Notes: generated by a model not told the origin, from the sequence alone. DNA of 64,000 bases from Sphingomonas sp. SCN 67-18 (GCA_001724715.1 MEFG01000025.1:4017-68016), one strand, 5' to 3'; shown: positions 1-8,963, counted from the first letter of the stretch. Numbers and translations are program-made.

Positions 1-301
1 CCGCCTGGCGAAGATGGTTTTCGTTGAGGTTGGTGCCGGCCGATTTCACTTCGGCAAGGTAATAGATCTTGCCCTCCACCCGCACGGCAAGGTCGCAGAA
101 TGTCCCGCGTATCTGCTGCTCGCTGGTCAGCTCGACATATTTGTCATAACCGAAGATGTCGGTCAGCATGTCCTTGATGACGGTCACCGTGTCGGCTTCG
201 GAAATGTCCCGCGCCCTCAGCTTCCCGACGATCGGCTGATAGCGCTTCAGCCCCGCGACGAGACGATCCTGCGCCTTCTTCGGCACCTTTACCGTGGACA
301 T
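1..301 (-). CDS. PD-(D/E)xK-fold / HsdR-N-terminal-like nuclease-domain protein; C-terminus lies beyond the window start
   Basis: Absent from the ORF track because there is no stop in the window. My reverse-complement translation from the ATG at 301 reads MSTVKVPKKAQDRLVAGLKRYQPIVGKLRARDISEADTVTVIKDMLTDIFGYDKYVELTSEQQIRGTFCDLAVRVEGKIYYLAEVKSAGTNLNENHLRQA. D70 ... E84-V-K86 fits a PD-(D/E)xK motif, and third codon positions are GC-rich like the host genes. Confidence 0.55.
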   Translation of the reverse strand, partial: MSTVKVPKKAQDRLVAGLKRYQPIVGKLRARDISEADTVTVIKDMLTDIFGYDKYVELTSEQQIRGTFCDLAVRVEGKIYYLAEVKSAGTNLNENHLRQA

Positions 302-403
302 GATGAGCACCCCCTGCCTGTCTTGCGGCAATGAGCCCGCTCGTCACGCTCGGGTCAAGGGGCGGCTGCTCCATATATATGGAAAGAAGGAATTTTTCTT
401 CCC

Positions 404-1000
404 CTACCCCAGGTCCTCGCGCACGATCTCCATCACCGTCGGCGGCGGCACGAAGTCGGCGAAGCGGGCCAGCATCTCCTCCACCGTCTCGGTGCAGATC
501 AGGTTGCCGCGGTGGCGCTGGCGGATGAACCCCGCCTCGCCCATCTCGTCCACAAAGGCGATCAGCTTGTCATAATAGCCGCCGACGTTCAGCAGCCCGC
601 ACGGCTTGCGGTGATAGCCGAGCACCGCCCAGCTCATCGCCTCGAACAGCTCGTCCATCGTCCCCACCCCGCCGGGCAGCGCGATGAACCCGTCGCACAG
701 GTCGGTCATCATCTGCTTGCGCTGGTGCATGGTGTCCACCACGTGCAGTTCGGTGCAGCCGGTATGGGCCACCTCGGCCTGCACCAGCGTGTCGGGGATC
801 ACGCCGATCACCTCGCCCCCCGCGGCCAGCGCCGCATCCGCCACCAGCCCCATCAGGCCCAGCCTGCCGCCGCCATAGACCACGCCTATGCCCCGCTCGG
901 CCAGCGTCCGCGCCGCCGCGGTCGCCGCCTCGGCATAAGCGGGGTCGGCCCCCATGCTCGATCCGCAATAGATAGCCAGCCTCACCGCGCGTCCCTTCAT
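404..1000 (-). CDS. LOG family protein (cytokinin riboside 5'-monophosphate phosphoribohydrolase / TIGR00730-like)
   Basis: ORF 404..1048. Motifs GGGRLGLMG and PGGVGTMDELFE are present. The likely start is MKGRAVRLAIYCGS at 1000; the upstream extension is Arg-rich junk. Confidence 0.85.
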   Translation of the reverse strand: MKGRAVRLAIYCGSSMGADPAYAEAATAAARTLAERGIGVVYGGGRLGLMGLVADAALAAGGEVIGVIPDTLVQAEVAHTGCTELHVVDTMHQRKQMMTDLCDGFIALPGGVGTMDELFEAMSWAVLGYHRKPCGLLNVGGYYDKLIAFVDEMGEAGFIRQRHRGNLICTETVEEMLARFADFVPPPTVMEIVREDLG

Positions 1001-1060
1001 TTTGCTCTTGTGGGCGCAACGCATCCTCCCGCGCCGCGCAAAAATCAACCGCCCGGCGGT

Positions 1061-1999
1061 TCAGCCCGGCCCGTGCTCGCCGGCCGCTGTCGCCCGCCCG
1101 CCGTCCCCGCGCACCAGCGCCATGGGCACCGCGATGCCGATCAGGATCAGCACCATCCCGGCCAGGTGATAATCGTGCAGCGCCTCGCCCAGCAGCCCGG
1201 CGGCCAGCAGCGCGCCGAACAGCGGCATCAGGCTGATCGTCTGCCCCGCCTTGCCCGCGCCGATCATCCCCACCGCGCCGTTATACAGGAAATAGGCGAC
1301 CACGGAGGGCAGCAACGCCACATAGGCAAAGGCCAGCAACGTCCCGGGGCGGATCGGCATGGCCAGCACCGCGCGCCACTCCGTCGCGGCCAGCGGCAGC
1401 ATCGCCAGCGCGCCGATCGCGAACGTCACCGCCAAAAGGCTCATCGGGTGCACCGCCGGCCGCAGCTTCAGCAGGCTGGTGTACAGCGCCCACGCCACGC
1501 TCGCGATCAGGATCATCACGTCGCCCACGCCGAAATCCAGCGCCAGCACCGTCGCCACCGTGCCGCGAAACACGATGATCGCCACCCCCAGCGTCGAAAG
1601 CGCCACGCCGATGATGGAGGCCCAGCCCGCGCGGATGCCGAAGATCGCCCTGTCCGCCACCAGCACCATGGCGGGGATCGCCGCCTGGATCAGCAGCCCG
1701 TTGGTCGCGGTGGTGTGATGCAGCCCGGTATAGAGCAGCGCGTTGAACGACGCGACGCCCACCAGCCCCAGCGCCAGCACCGGCCGCCACGCCTTCAGCA
1801 ACGCCGCCCGGTCGATGCCCAGCGGCCGCACGGCCATCGGCAGGACGATCAGGAAAGCCCCGGTCCAGCGCACCAGCGCCAGGGTGAAGGGCGGAATATC
1901 CCCCCGCACCGCCCGCCCGACAATGGCGTTCCCGGCCCAGAACAGCATGACCAGCGCCAGCATGGCATAAGCCCGATAATCCCGCCGCGCCGTGGTCAT
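1061..1999 (-). CDS. DMT (EamA/RhaT) family transporter
   Basis: 312-aa polytopic hydrophobic protein of about 10 TM segments. The N-terminus LALVMLFWAGNAIVGR is typical of EamA repeats. Confidence 0.8.
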   Translation of the reverse strand: MTTARRDYRAYAMLALVMLFWAGNAIVGRAVRGDIPPFTLALVRWTGAFLIVLPMAVRPLGIDRAALLKAWRPVLALGLVGVASFNALLYTGLHHTTATNGLLIQAAIPAMVLVADRAIFGIRAGWASIIGVALSTLGVAIIVFRGTVATVLALDFGVGDVMILIASVAWALYTSLLKLRPAVHPMSLLAVTFAIGALAMLPLAATEWRAVLAMPIRPGTLLAFAYVALLPSVVAYFLYNGAVGMIGAGKAGQTISLMPLFGALLAAGLLGEALHDYHLAGMVLILIGIAVPMALVRGDGGRATAAGEHGPG

Positions 2000-2214
2000 C
2001 GCGCGCCCCTACGCCAAGCTGCGGAGGAGCGCGAGGGGTTTTGCGGGCGGCGCAACGGGAATCGCAAATGCTTGCAATATGCCTGCGGTGTGCGCCGCAT
2101 GACCAGCAACCACGGCGCCTCTTGCACACCGCATGCCGCACGCCGCGCGCCCACCATCGACCCCGCGCCTCGGTTGCGTTATGCTACGGAAAATCCAGTC
2201 GAGGAGAGTGAGCG

Positions 2215-2991
2215 ATGGCCACCGCGCTGAAGGCGGAATCGATCCGCGATCAGGTGTCGCCGGAGGAATGGCAGGCCCGGGTCGATCTGGCCGCCGCCTA
2301 CCGGCTGATGGCGCTTTACGGCTGGGATGACCTCATCTTCACCCATCTCTCTGCGCGGGTGCCGGGGCCGGAGCATCATTTCCTCATCAACCCCTACACC
2401 CATATGTTCGAGGAGATGACCGCCTCCGCGCTGGTCAAGATCGATATTGACGGCAATCCCGTCATCCCCACGCCCGCGCCGGTCAACCGCGCCGGTTTCG
2501 TCATCCACAGCGCACTGCATGGCGCGCGGGACGACGCCCATGCCGTGTTCCACCTCCACACGCCCTATGGGCAGGCGGTCGCGGCGATGGCGGACGGGCT
2601 GCTGCCCCACACCCAGACGGCGATGATCGCGGGCCACGACGTCGCCTATCATGATTATGAAGGCATCGCGACCGAGCTTGAGGAGCGCGAGCGGCTGGTC
2701 GCTGACCTGGGCGACAGGCATATGATGATCCTGCGCAACCACGGCACGCTGGCGGTGGGCGCCACGGTGGCGGAGGCGTTCCTGCGCATCTATTTCCTTG
2801 AGCGCGCCTGCGAGGCGCAGGTCCACATGCTCGCCGCCGGGCGCGACGGGCTGAACACGCCGCCGCAGGGCGTGGAAGGCAAGGTGAAGGAACAATCCAC
2901 CGGCCCCGGCATGGCCATGCTGGCGCAGGGACTCGCCTGGCCCGCGCTGCTGCGCAAGCTGGACCGCATCGATCCCGGCTATCGCGACTGA
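2215..2991 (+). CDS. class II aldolase/adducin domain protein
   Basis: 258 aa. AAYRLMALYGWDDLIFTHLSARVP ... HLHTPYG ... LRNHGTLAVG is characteristic of the class II aldolase/adducin N-terminal family. Confidence 0.8.
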   Translation: MATALKAESIRDQVSPEEWQARVDLAAAYRLMALYGWDDLIFTHLSARVPGPEHHFLINPYTHMFEEMTASALVKIDIDGNPVIPTPAPVNRAGFVIHSALHGARDDAHAVFHLHTPYGQAVAAMADGLLPHTQTAMIAGHDVAYHDYEGIATELEERERLVADLGDRHMMILRNHGTLAVGATVAEAFLRIYFLERACEAQVHMLAAGRDGLNTPPQGVEGKVKEQSTGPGMAMLAQGLAWPALLRKLDRIDPGYRD

Positions 2992-3014
2992 ACCGGCCCG
3001 CCCCTCCATGCGTT
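2989..3014 (+). promoter_or_regulatory. possible EcfG-type (general stress response) promoter: TGAAC-N17-CGTT
   Basis: tGAAC at 2989-2993 and CGTT at 3011-3014 are separated by 17 nt. The alphaproteobacterial EcfG consensus is GGAAC-N16-17-CGTT. The element sits ~30 nt upstream of the SD (GGGAGA) and ATG of the small hydrophilic ORF at 3047. Confidence 0.35.
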
Positions 3015-3046
3015 GCCCCCATGCGGGGCATGATGGGAGACTGGCG

Positions 3047-3244
3047 ATGCCGCGAGGCGACAAAAGCGCATATACCGACAAGCAGAAGCGCAAGGCCGCG
3101 CATATCGAGCAAGGCTACGAAGCGCGCGGCCTGCCGGAAAAGGAGGCGCAACGCCGCGCCTGGGCCACGGTGAACAAGGATTCCGGCGGGGGCAATAAAT
3201 TCGGCTCCGGGCGCGGCAGGCCGGACAGGGCGAAACGCGGCTGA
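3047..3244 (+). CDS. small hydrophilic basic protein (conserved MPRGDKS.YTDKQKR...RAWATVNK family; stress-protein-like)
   Basis: This is the in-frame MPRGDKSAYTDKQKRKAAHIEQGYEARGLPEKEAQRRAWATVNKDSGGGNKFGSGRGRPDRAKRG portion of ORF 3008..3244. GGGAGA lies 5-6 nt upstream of the ATG at 3047. Confidence 0.6.
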   Translation: MPRGDKSAYTDKQKRKAAHIEQGYEARGLPEKEAQRRAWATVNKDSGGGNKFGSGRGRPDRAKRG

Positions 3245-3369
3245 ACCGCCCGCCGCCCCGCGCCGCCGCCCTTCCAACGCCCTCCCCCACCCCTCTCCAA
3301 CGCCCCGCCCGTCACCCCCGCCCGCAACCTTTTGCATCCACGGGACGTTGCGTTTCCGGTACGGGCAGA

Positions 3370-4224
3370 ATGAAGGACGAAGGCTTGGCATTGCAGCATT
3401 TTCTGGCCGCCGGCGCGGCGGCGCTCGTCCTCCTCCCCACCGCCGCGCGCGCGCAGGACGCCCCGGCGGATGCGGATCGCGACACCGTCACCATCGGCCT
3501 CGGCGCAGCGGTGGTCCCCACCTATGAAGGGTCGGACAACAGCCGCCTCATCCCGGCCGCCGTCGCGCGCGGTTCCGTCTCCGGTTTCGATTTCACGCTG
3601 GCCGGCACCAACCTTTATGTCGATCTCGTCCGCGAACCCGCCGACGCCGTGGATTTCTCGTTCGGCCCCGTCGTCGGCGTCAATCTCAACCGCACCAGCC
3701 GCAAGGTGGGCGACGCCCGCGTCCGCGCGCTCGGCAAGCTGGATACCGCGGTGGAGCTGGGCGGCTATGTCGGCATCGGCAAGACGGGCATCATCACCAG
3801 CGCCTATGACACGCTGTCCTTCAGCATCGCCTATCAGCGCGACGTGGCGGGCGCGCACGACAGCTATGTCATCACCCCCTCGCTCAGCTACGGCACCCCG
3901 CTCAGCACCCGCACCTATGTCGGCCTGTCGCTGTCCAGCGAATATGTGGGGGACAAATATGCCGATTATTATTTCAGCATCTCGCCCGCCGCGGCCCTCG
4001 CCAGCGGCCTGCCCGCCTACCGCGCCAGGGGCGGGTTCAAGGACGCCAGCATCTCGCTGCTCGGCGCGCAGTCCCTCTCGGGCGATCTGCGCCGCGGCTG
4101 GGGCCTGTTCGGCATCGTCAGCTATTCCCGCCTGCTGGGCGATTTCAGGGACAGCCCCACCGTCTCCGTCGCGGGCAGCCCCAACCAGTGGTTCGGCGCA
4201 TTGGGGGTGAACTACACCTTCTGA
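3370..4224 (+). CDS. MipA/OmpV family outer-membrane protein
   Basis: Signal peptide ending AARAQD. Carries the TIGLGAAVVPTYEGSD motif and an alternating beta-strand pattern, and ends in an aromatic residue (..NYTF). Confidence 0.8.
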   Translation: MKDEGLALQHFLAAGAAALVLLPTAARAQDAPADADRDTVTIGLGAAVVPTYEGSDNSRLIPAAVARGSVSGFDFTLAGTNLYVDLVREPADAVDFSFGPVVGVNLNRTSRKVGDARVRALGKLDTAVELGGYVGIGKTGIITSAYDTLSFSIAYQRDVAGAHDSYVITPSLSYGTPLSTRTYVGLSLSSEYVGDKYADYYFSISPAAALASGLPAYRARGGFKDASISLLGAQSLSGDLRRGWGLFGIVSYSRLLGDFRDSPTVSVAGSPNQWFGALGVNYTF

Positions 4225-4600
4225 TCCGCCGGGCGCGCTGCCCCTCCAGGCCATCCTCCCACCCCTGTCTTCCTCCGCCCCTGCCTCCCGCCGGCCCTGC
4301 CTCCCTCCGACCCCACCCTCCTTCGGGCGCGCCTCCCGTGGGACGCCTCCCTCCGACGCCATTCCCCTTCGGCCCCACCTCCCGCCGGGCCATCCCCCTC
4401 CACCCCCGCGCCGCACCGCGCAGATAGACGCAAAAGACCGAGGCGCGCTTCCCCTCCGGGCCATCCCCCTCCGCCCCTGTCCCCCGCCGCCCCTATCCGC
4501 CCGCCCCCCCAACCTCATCCGCCCCGCCCCGATCCCCCGCGCCTCATCCGTCCCGCCACCAACCCCTTCATCCCCCTTCCCTTCCGCGCCGGGCGGGCCT
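4225..4600 (+). repeat. ~375-nt C-rich/G-poor tract with an internal ~40-nt dispersed repeat
   Basis: The plus strand is dominated by CCCTCC/CCCC runs. GGGCGCGCTGCCCCTCCAGGCCATCCTCCCACCCCTGTC (4231-4269) recurs as GGCGCGCTTCCCCTCCGGGCCATCCCCCTCCGCCCCTGTC (4442-4481). A third partial copy, GGGCCATCCCCCTCCACCCCC, lies at 4387-4407. Confidence 0.7.
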
Positions 4601-4609
4601 ACACCATGC

Positions 4610-6612
<2,003 letters not shown>

Positions 6613-6622
6613 GAACTGTCAC

Positions 6623-6654
6623 GGGAAGGCCACGCTCCAGATGCGGGCCTTCCC
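6623..6654 (+). terminator. hairpin after thiC (GGGAAGGCC - 14 nt loop - GGCCTTCCC) followed by a C-rich tract
   Basis: Perfect 9-bp stem at 6623-6631 / 6646-6654. There is no U-tract; instead a C-rich G-poor run follows at 6649-6710, which may serve as a Rho loading site. Confidence 0.35.
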
Positions 6655-6816
6655 CCACCCCGGCGCAAAAACCCACCCAACCCCAAAACCCCACCCGCCC
6701 CGCTCATCCTGAGGAGGGGCTGAGCCTGCCGAAGCGGAAGCCGAGAACGGGAGTCCGGCGAACAAACCATAAAGTGTCGATGTATTGACCTGAAGTGGGA
6801 AAGTAGGCGGCTGCTA

Positions 6817-7761
6817 TTAACCATAGTCAGCTCTTTCCCGCGAGCGAGCAAGTACGTAATCGCCAAAATTCTGATGGCTGACTGCGTAACTTACCCAACG
6901 ATTGGCGCCCCCGCGATTTTGTGCTGCCTCTAACCCGTGCTTGTAGATTGCCTCTACGGGCGCCCCTTTCGGCTCTCGTCCTATCGCCAGACCAATCATA
7001 TCGTTAACGCTGGCACGCGTCTTGGATCTAAATTCCGGCGGAATCTCAAGGAGTATTTCATTGAGAATACCTCGCCAGTTCCCTAACTCCTTACCCGGAT
7101 CATCGATCGTCTCTCGAATTTGCCACCAGAAGTAAGAGGTATCTGGACCCGGAATCACTTCCGGCTCGTACGCAGCAGGCATCTTGACGTCGCCTATAAA
7201 GACCCCTCCCTTGGGAGGTAGAGAGTGAGTTCCAGGTGTGCGGAAAGAGCGAACTACAAGGCCGTTGCGAACCTCTGCTCCGACAAAGCCATTTCTACCA
7301 TATCTCGCTGCTTTCAAGAAAGCGGCGGGCAGCGAAACATTCGCGATCTGATGTATGGTGTGCATAAGACCAGCGACATGTTCTGAGCGTTCTGATAGGC
7401 CAATCGTCCATGGACTAGGCATCAAGAGCTCAGCCGCAAACCTGTTGGCCTCGGCCTCCATTTCTCTATACCTGTCTCTCTCGCCTGAGCGAGGGACATC
7501 TATGTCATCAATGATAGTTCCTGTATGCCAAGGTATGATTATATGGCCGATCTCATGAGCTACAGTAAATCTTCTTCGTACAGGCGGGCTGGACCTCGAC
7601 ACCCACACTTTCGGACGCTTTCCAAGCACCTTCAAATCTAGGCAGAGTCCATCGATTTCGATCGGAAAATTTTTATAACTAAGCTCAGCAAACCCTCTGC
7701 AGATCGTCTCAACATCAATTGGCGGTGTTAGCTTAAGGCGTTCGATTAAACGAGCCGCCAT
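6817..7761 (-). CDS. ImmA/IrrE (COG2856) family zinc metallopeptidase with an uncharacterised ~190-aa C-terminal domain
   Basis: ORF 6817..7884. Carries HEIGH (FTVAHEIGHIIIPWH) followed by EMEAEANRFAAELLMP, the ImmA/IrrE signature. The ATG at 7761 (MAARLIERL..) is preferred because it is preceded by GGAGGAAAGA, and it avoids a 100-nt overlap with the upstream ORF. Confidence 0.85.
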   Translation of the reverse strand: MAARLIERLKLTPPIDVETICRGFAELSYKNFPIEIDGLCLDLKVLGKRPKVWVSRSSPPVRRRFTVAHEIGHIIIPWHTGTIIDDIDVPRSGERDRYREMEAEANRFAAELLMPSPWTIGLSERSEHVAGLMHTIHQIANVSLPAAFLKAARYGRNGFVGAEVRNGLVVRSFRTPGTHSLPPKGGVFIGDVKMPAAYEPEVIPGPDTSYFWWQIRETIDDPGKELGNWRGILNEILLEIPPEFRSKTRASVNDMIGLAIGREPKGAPVEAIYKHGLEAAQNRGGANRWVSYAVSHQNFGDYVLARSRERADYG

Positions 7762-7783
7762 TCTTTCCTCCGGATGACGCAGA

Positions 7784-8107
7784 TCAGCGATCTCGCTGAG
7801 CAGCGATCCACCGTGCGAGGATAGCGAGTTTTCCAGCTTCATCAGAGCGTGCCGCAATCCGCTCCTGATATTGTAAGTTGTCATTCACCGCCTCTTTGAG
7901 GGGTCGATGATTATGCCGAGCGGTTAGGATAATATCAATCATATCAGCGTCGGACGCCCACAGCGAATACTCCTCGAACGTCATCCCGAGAAATTCATGC
8001 GCCTCCTGCTCCGAATCCGATTTGTGCCAGATCTCGAGGAAATCCTCGATTTCATCCGCCAAAACTCGGCCACTTAGAGCAAGCGACATAAATGAGGAAT
8101 CAGACAT
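7784..8107 (-). CDS. 107-aa protein with acidic N-terminal half; candidate immunity/antitoxin for the upstream rRNase (no recognised family)
   Basis: Its ATG at 8107 overlaps the toxin stop (ATGTCTGA), indicating translational coupling. The N-terminal half is D/E-rich (ADEIEDFLEIWHKSDSEQEAHEFLGMTFEEYSLWASDADMID) and the C-terminal half is basic. Composition matches the islet. Confidence 0.6.
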   Translation of the reverse strand: MSDSSFMSLALSGRVLADEIEDFLEIWHKSDSEQEAHEFLGMTFEEYSLWASDADMIDIILTARHNHRPLKEAVNDNLQYQERIAARSDEAGKLAILARWIAAQRDR

Positions 8108-8447
8108 CGATCGTCCTGCCTTTCACTGGCGGCTTGAAAAGAATGCCCGTGATTGCATCTGCTGCACCGACGTGCATGCCGCGCTTCGTGAAAACCTCAA
8201 TCTCACCATGTAGGTGATCCCAGGTGAAAAGTCGCCGCCCATCAGGACTGCGCCAGCGTCGTTCGCCGCCCACCAAACCAAGCGACTGGCACGCATCTAG
8301 AAAGCATGGAGCCGGCTTGCCTACCATCCTCCAGTATGAGCCACAAACAAGGCCAAACACCCGGAACGATCGAGCACAGACTCCCCCCTTCCAGCGTCCG
8401 TTCCGTTCATCTAACCCTAACTTACAGTCTGAAGACAGAATACTCAA
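8100..8447 (-). CDS. colicin E3-type cytotoxic rRNase domain protein, free-standing (start codon uncertain: TTG 8447 or ATG 8327)
   Basis: The C-terminal segment RWRSPDGRRLFTWDHLHGEIEVFTKRGMHVGAADAITGILFKPPVKGRTIDV aligns by eye to the colicin E3 catalytic segment RWTGDKGRKIYEWDSQHGELEGYRASDGQHLGSFDPKTGNQLKGPDPKRNIKKY, which I recalled from memory. The W-D, H-G-E and E residues and the distal R are conserved. Confidence 0.75.
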   Translation of the reverse strand: MSILSSDCKLGLDERNGRWKGGVCARSFRVFGLVCGSYWRMVGKPAPCFLDACQSLGLVGGERRWRSPDGRRLFTWDHLHGEIEVFTKRGMHVGAADAITGILFKPPVKGRTIDV

Positions 8448-8510
8448 TTCTCTCGCTCGGCAGCGCCTCTACTATCGTCTGACAGACCACCCCGCTAGAG
8501 TCCCACCCTC

Positions 8511-8894
8511 ATGCCCCCAGAACTCGCCATCCGCACCCGCCGCGCCGCCTTCAATCGCGCCATTGCAGACGGTGACGCCACCGCCATCGGGCCGCTCCTC
8601 GCGCGCGATTGCGTGATGGTCACCGGCACGGACAGCGCCGTCATCGCCGGGCGCAACGCGCAGGTGAAGGTGTGGAGCCATGAATTCGCCGCCCCCCGCC
8701 GCCTCGTCTATGTCCGCACGCCGGGCGCGATCACCGTCTCGCCGGTCGAACCCATCGCGCTGGAACAGGGTGAGTGGCAGGGCAGCGAACAGCCCGGCCG
8801 CGCGCCCGCCGCATCGGGCGTCTACACCGCCAAATGGCGCGAAATGGACGGCCAATGGGTCATCGAGGCGGAAATCTTCGTCACGCTCGGCTGA
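8511..8894 (+). CDS. NTF2-like (SnoaL/DUF4440-like) protein
   Basis: 127 aa. The pattern AAFNRAIADGDATAIGPLLARDCVMV ... GVYTAKWREMDGQWVIEAEIFV is typical of DUF4440/SnoaL-like folds. Confidence 0.65.
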   Translation: MPPELAIRTRRAAFNRAIADGDATAIGPLLARDCVMVTGTDSAVIAGRNAQVKVWSHEFAAPRRLVYVRTPGAITVSPVEPIALEQGEWQGSEQPGRAPAASGVYTAKWREMDGQWVIEAEIFVTLG

Positions 8895-8963
8895 TCGCCC
8901 CGCAAAGGCCGCGCCGCCCCCGCCCCCTGTCCTACTCCGCCCAAATCTGATCTACCCTGATGG

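Larger units (their letters stand above)
6765..8470. other. low-GC genomic islet (about 50% GC versus about 66% flanks) carrying the toxin / immunity-candidate / ImmA-peptidase operon
   Basis: There is an abrupt compositional change: A/T-rich third codon positions, for example 30 of 60 G+C in 7081-7140. I found no integrase, tRNA or flanking direct repeat. Confidence 0.7.

Noticed and set aside
371-382. A 12-nt perfect palindrome, CCATATATATGG, in the gap between the LOG gene and the truncated nuclease-fold gene.
   Set aside because: It is a short alternating AT run in a 100-nt intergenic region that must hold a terminator and a promoter. It is most simply a -10-like or terminator-tail element, and there is no second copy in the window.
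4188-4427. A proline-rich 79-aa plus-strand ORF and glycine-rich minus-strand ORFs inside the C-rich tract.
   Set aside because: They are low-complexity translations of a CCCTCC-type repeat, with no start-site context and no GC3 periodicity. I treated the region as non-coding repeat or possible rut sequence.
6700-6765. The segment CTCATCCTGAGGAGGGGCTGAGCCTGCCGAAGCGGAAGCCGAG at the left border of the islet, which resembles half of a REP-like hairpin common in alphaproteobacteria. I wondered whether the islet had inserted into it.
   Set aside because: I could not find the complementary half (CCTCAGGATGAG) at the right border (8448-8510) or anywhere nearby, so a target-site or split-repeat interpretation is unsupported.
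8328-8447. A possible SOS box or EcfG promoter inside the 5' part of the toxin ORF (GATGAACGGAACGGACGC contains GAAC and GGAAC words).
   Set aside because: The spacing does not fit GAAC-N7-GAAC, and no CGTT lies 16-17 nt downstream of GGAAC. These are word matches only.
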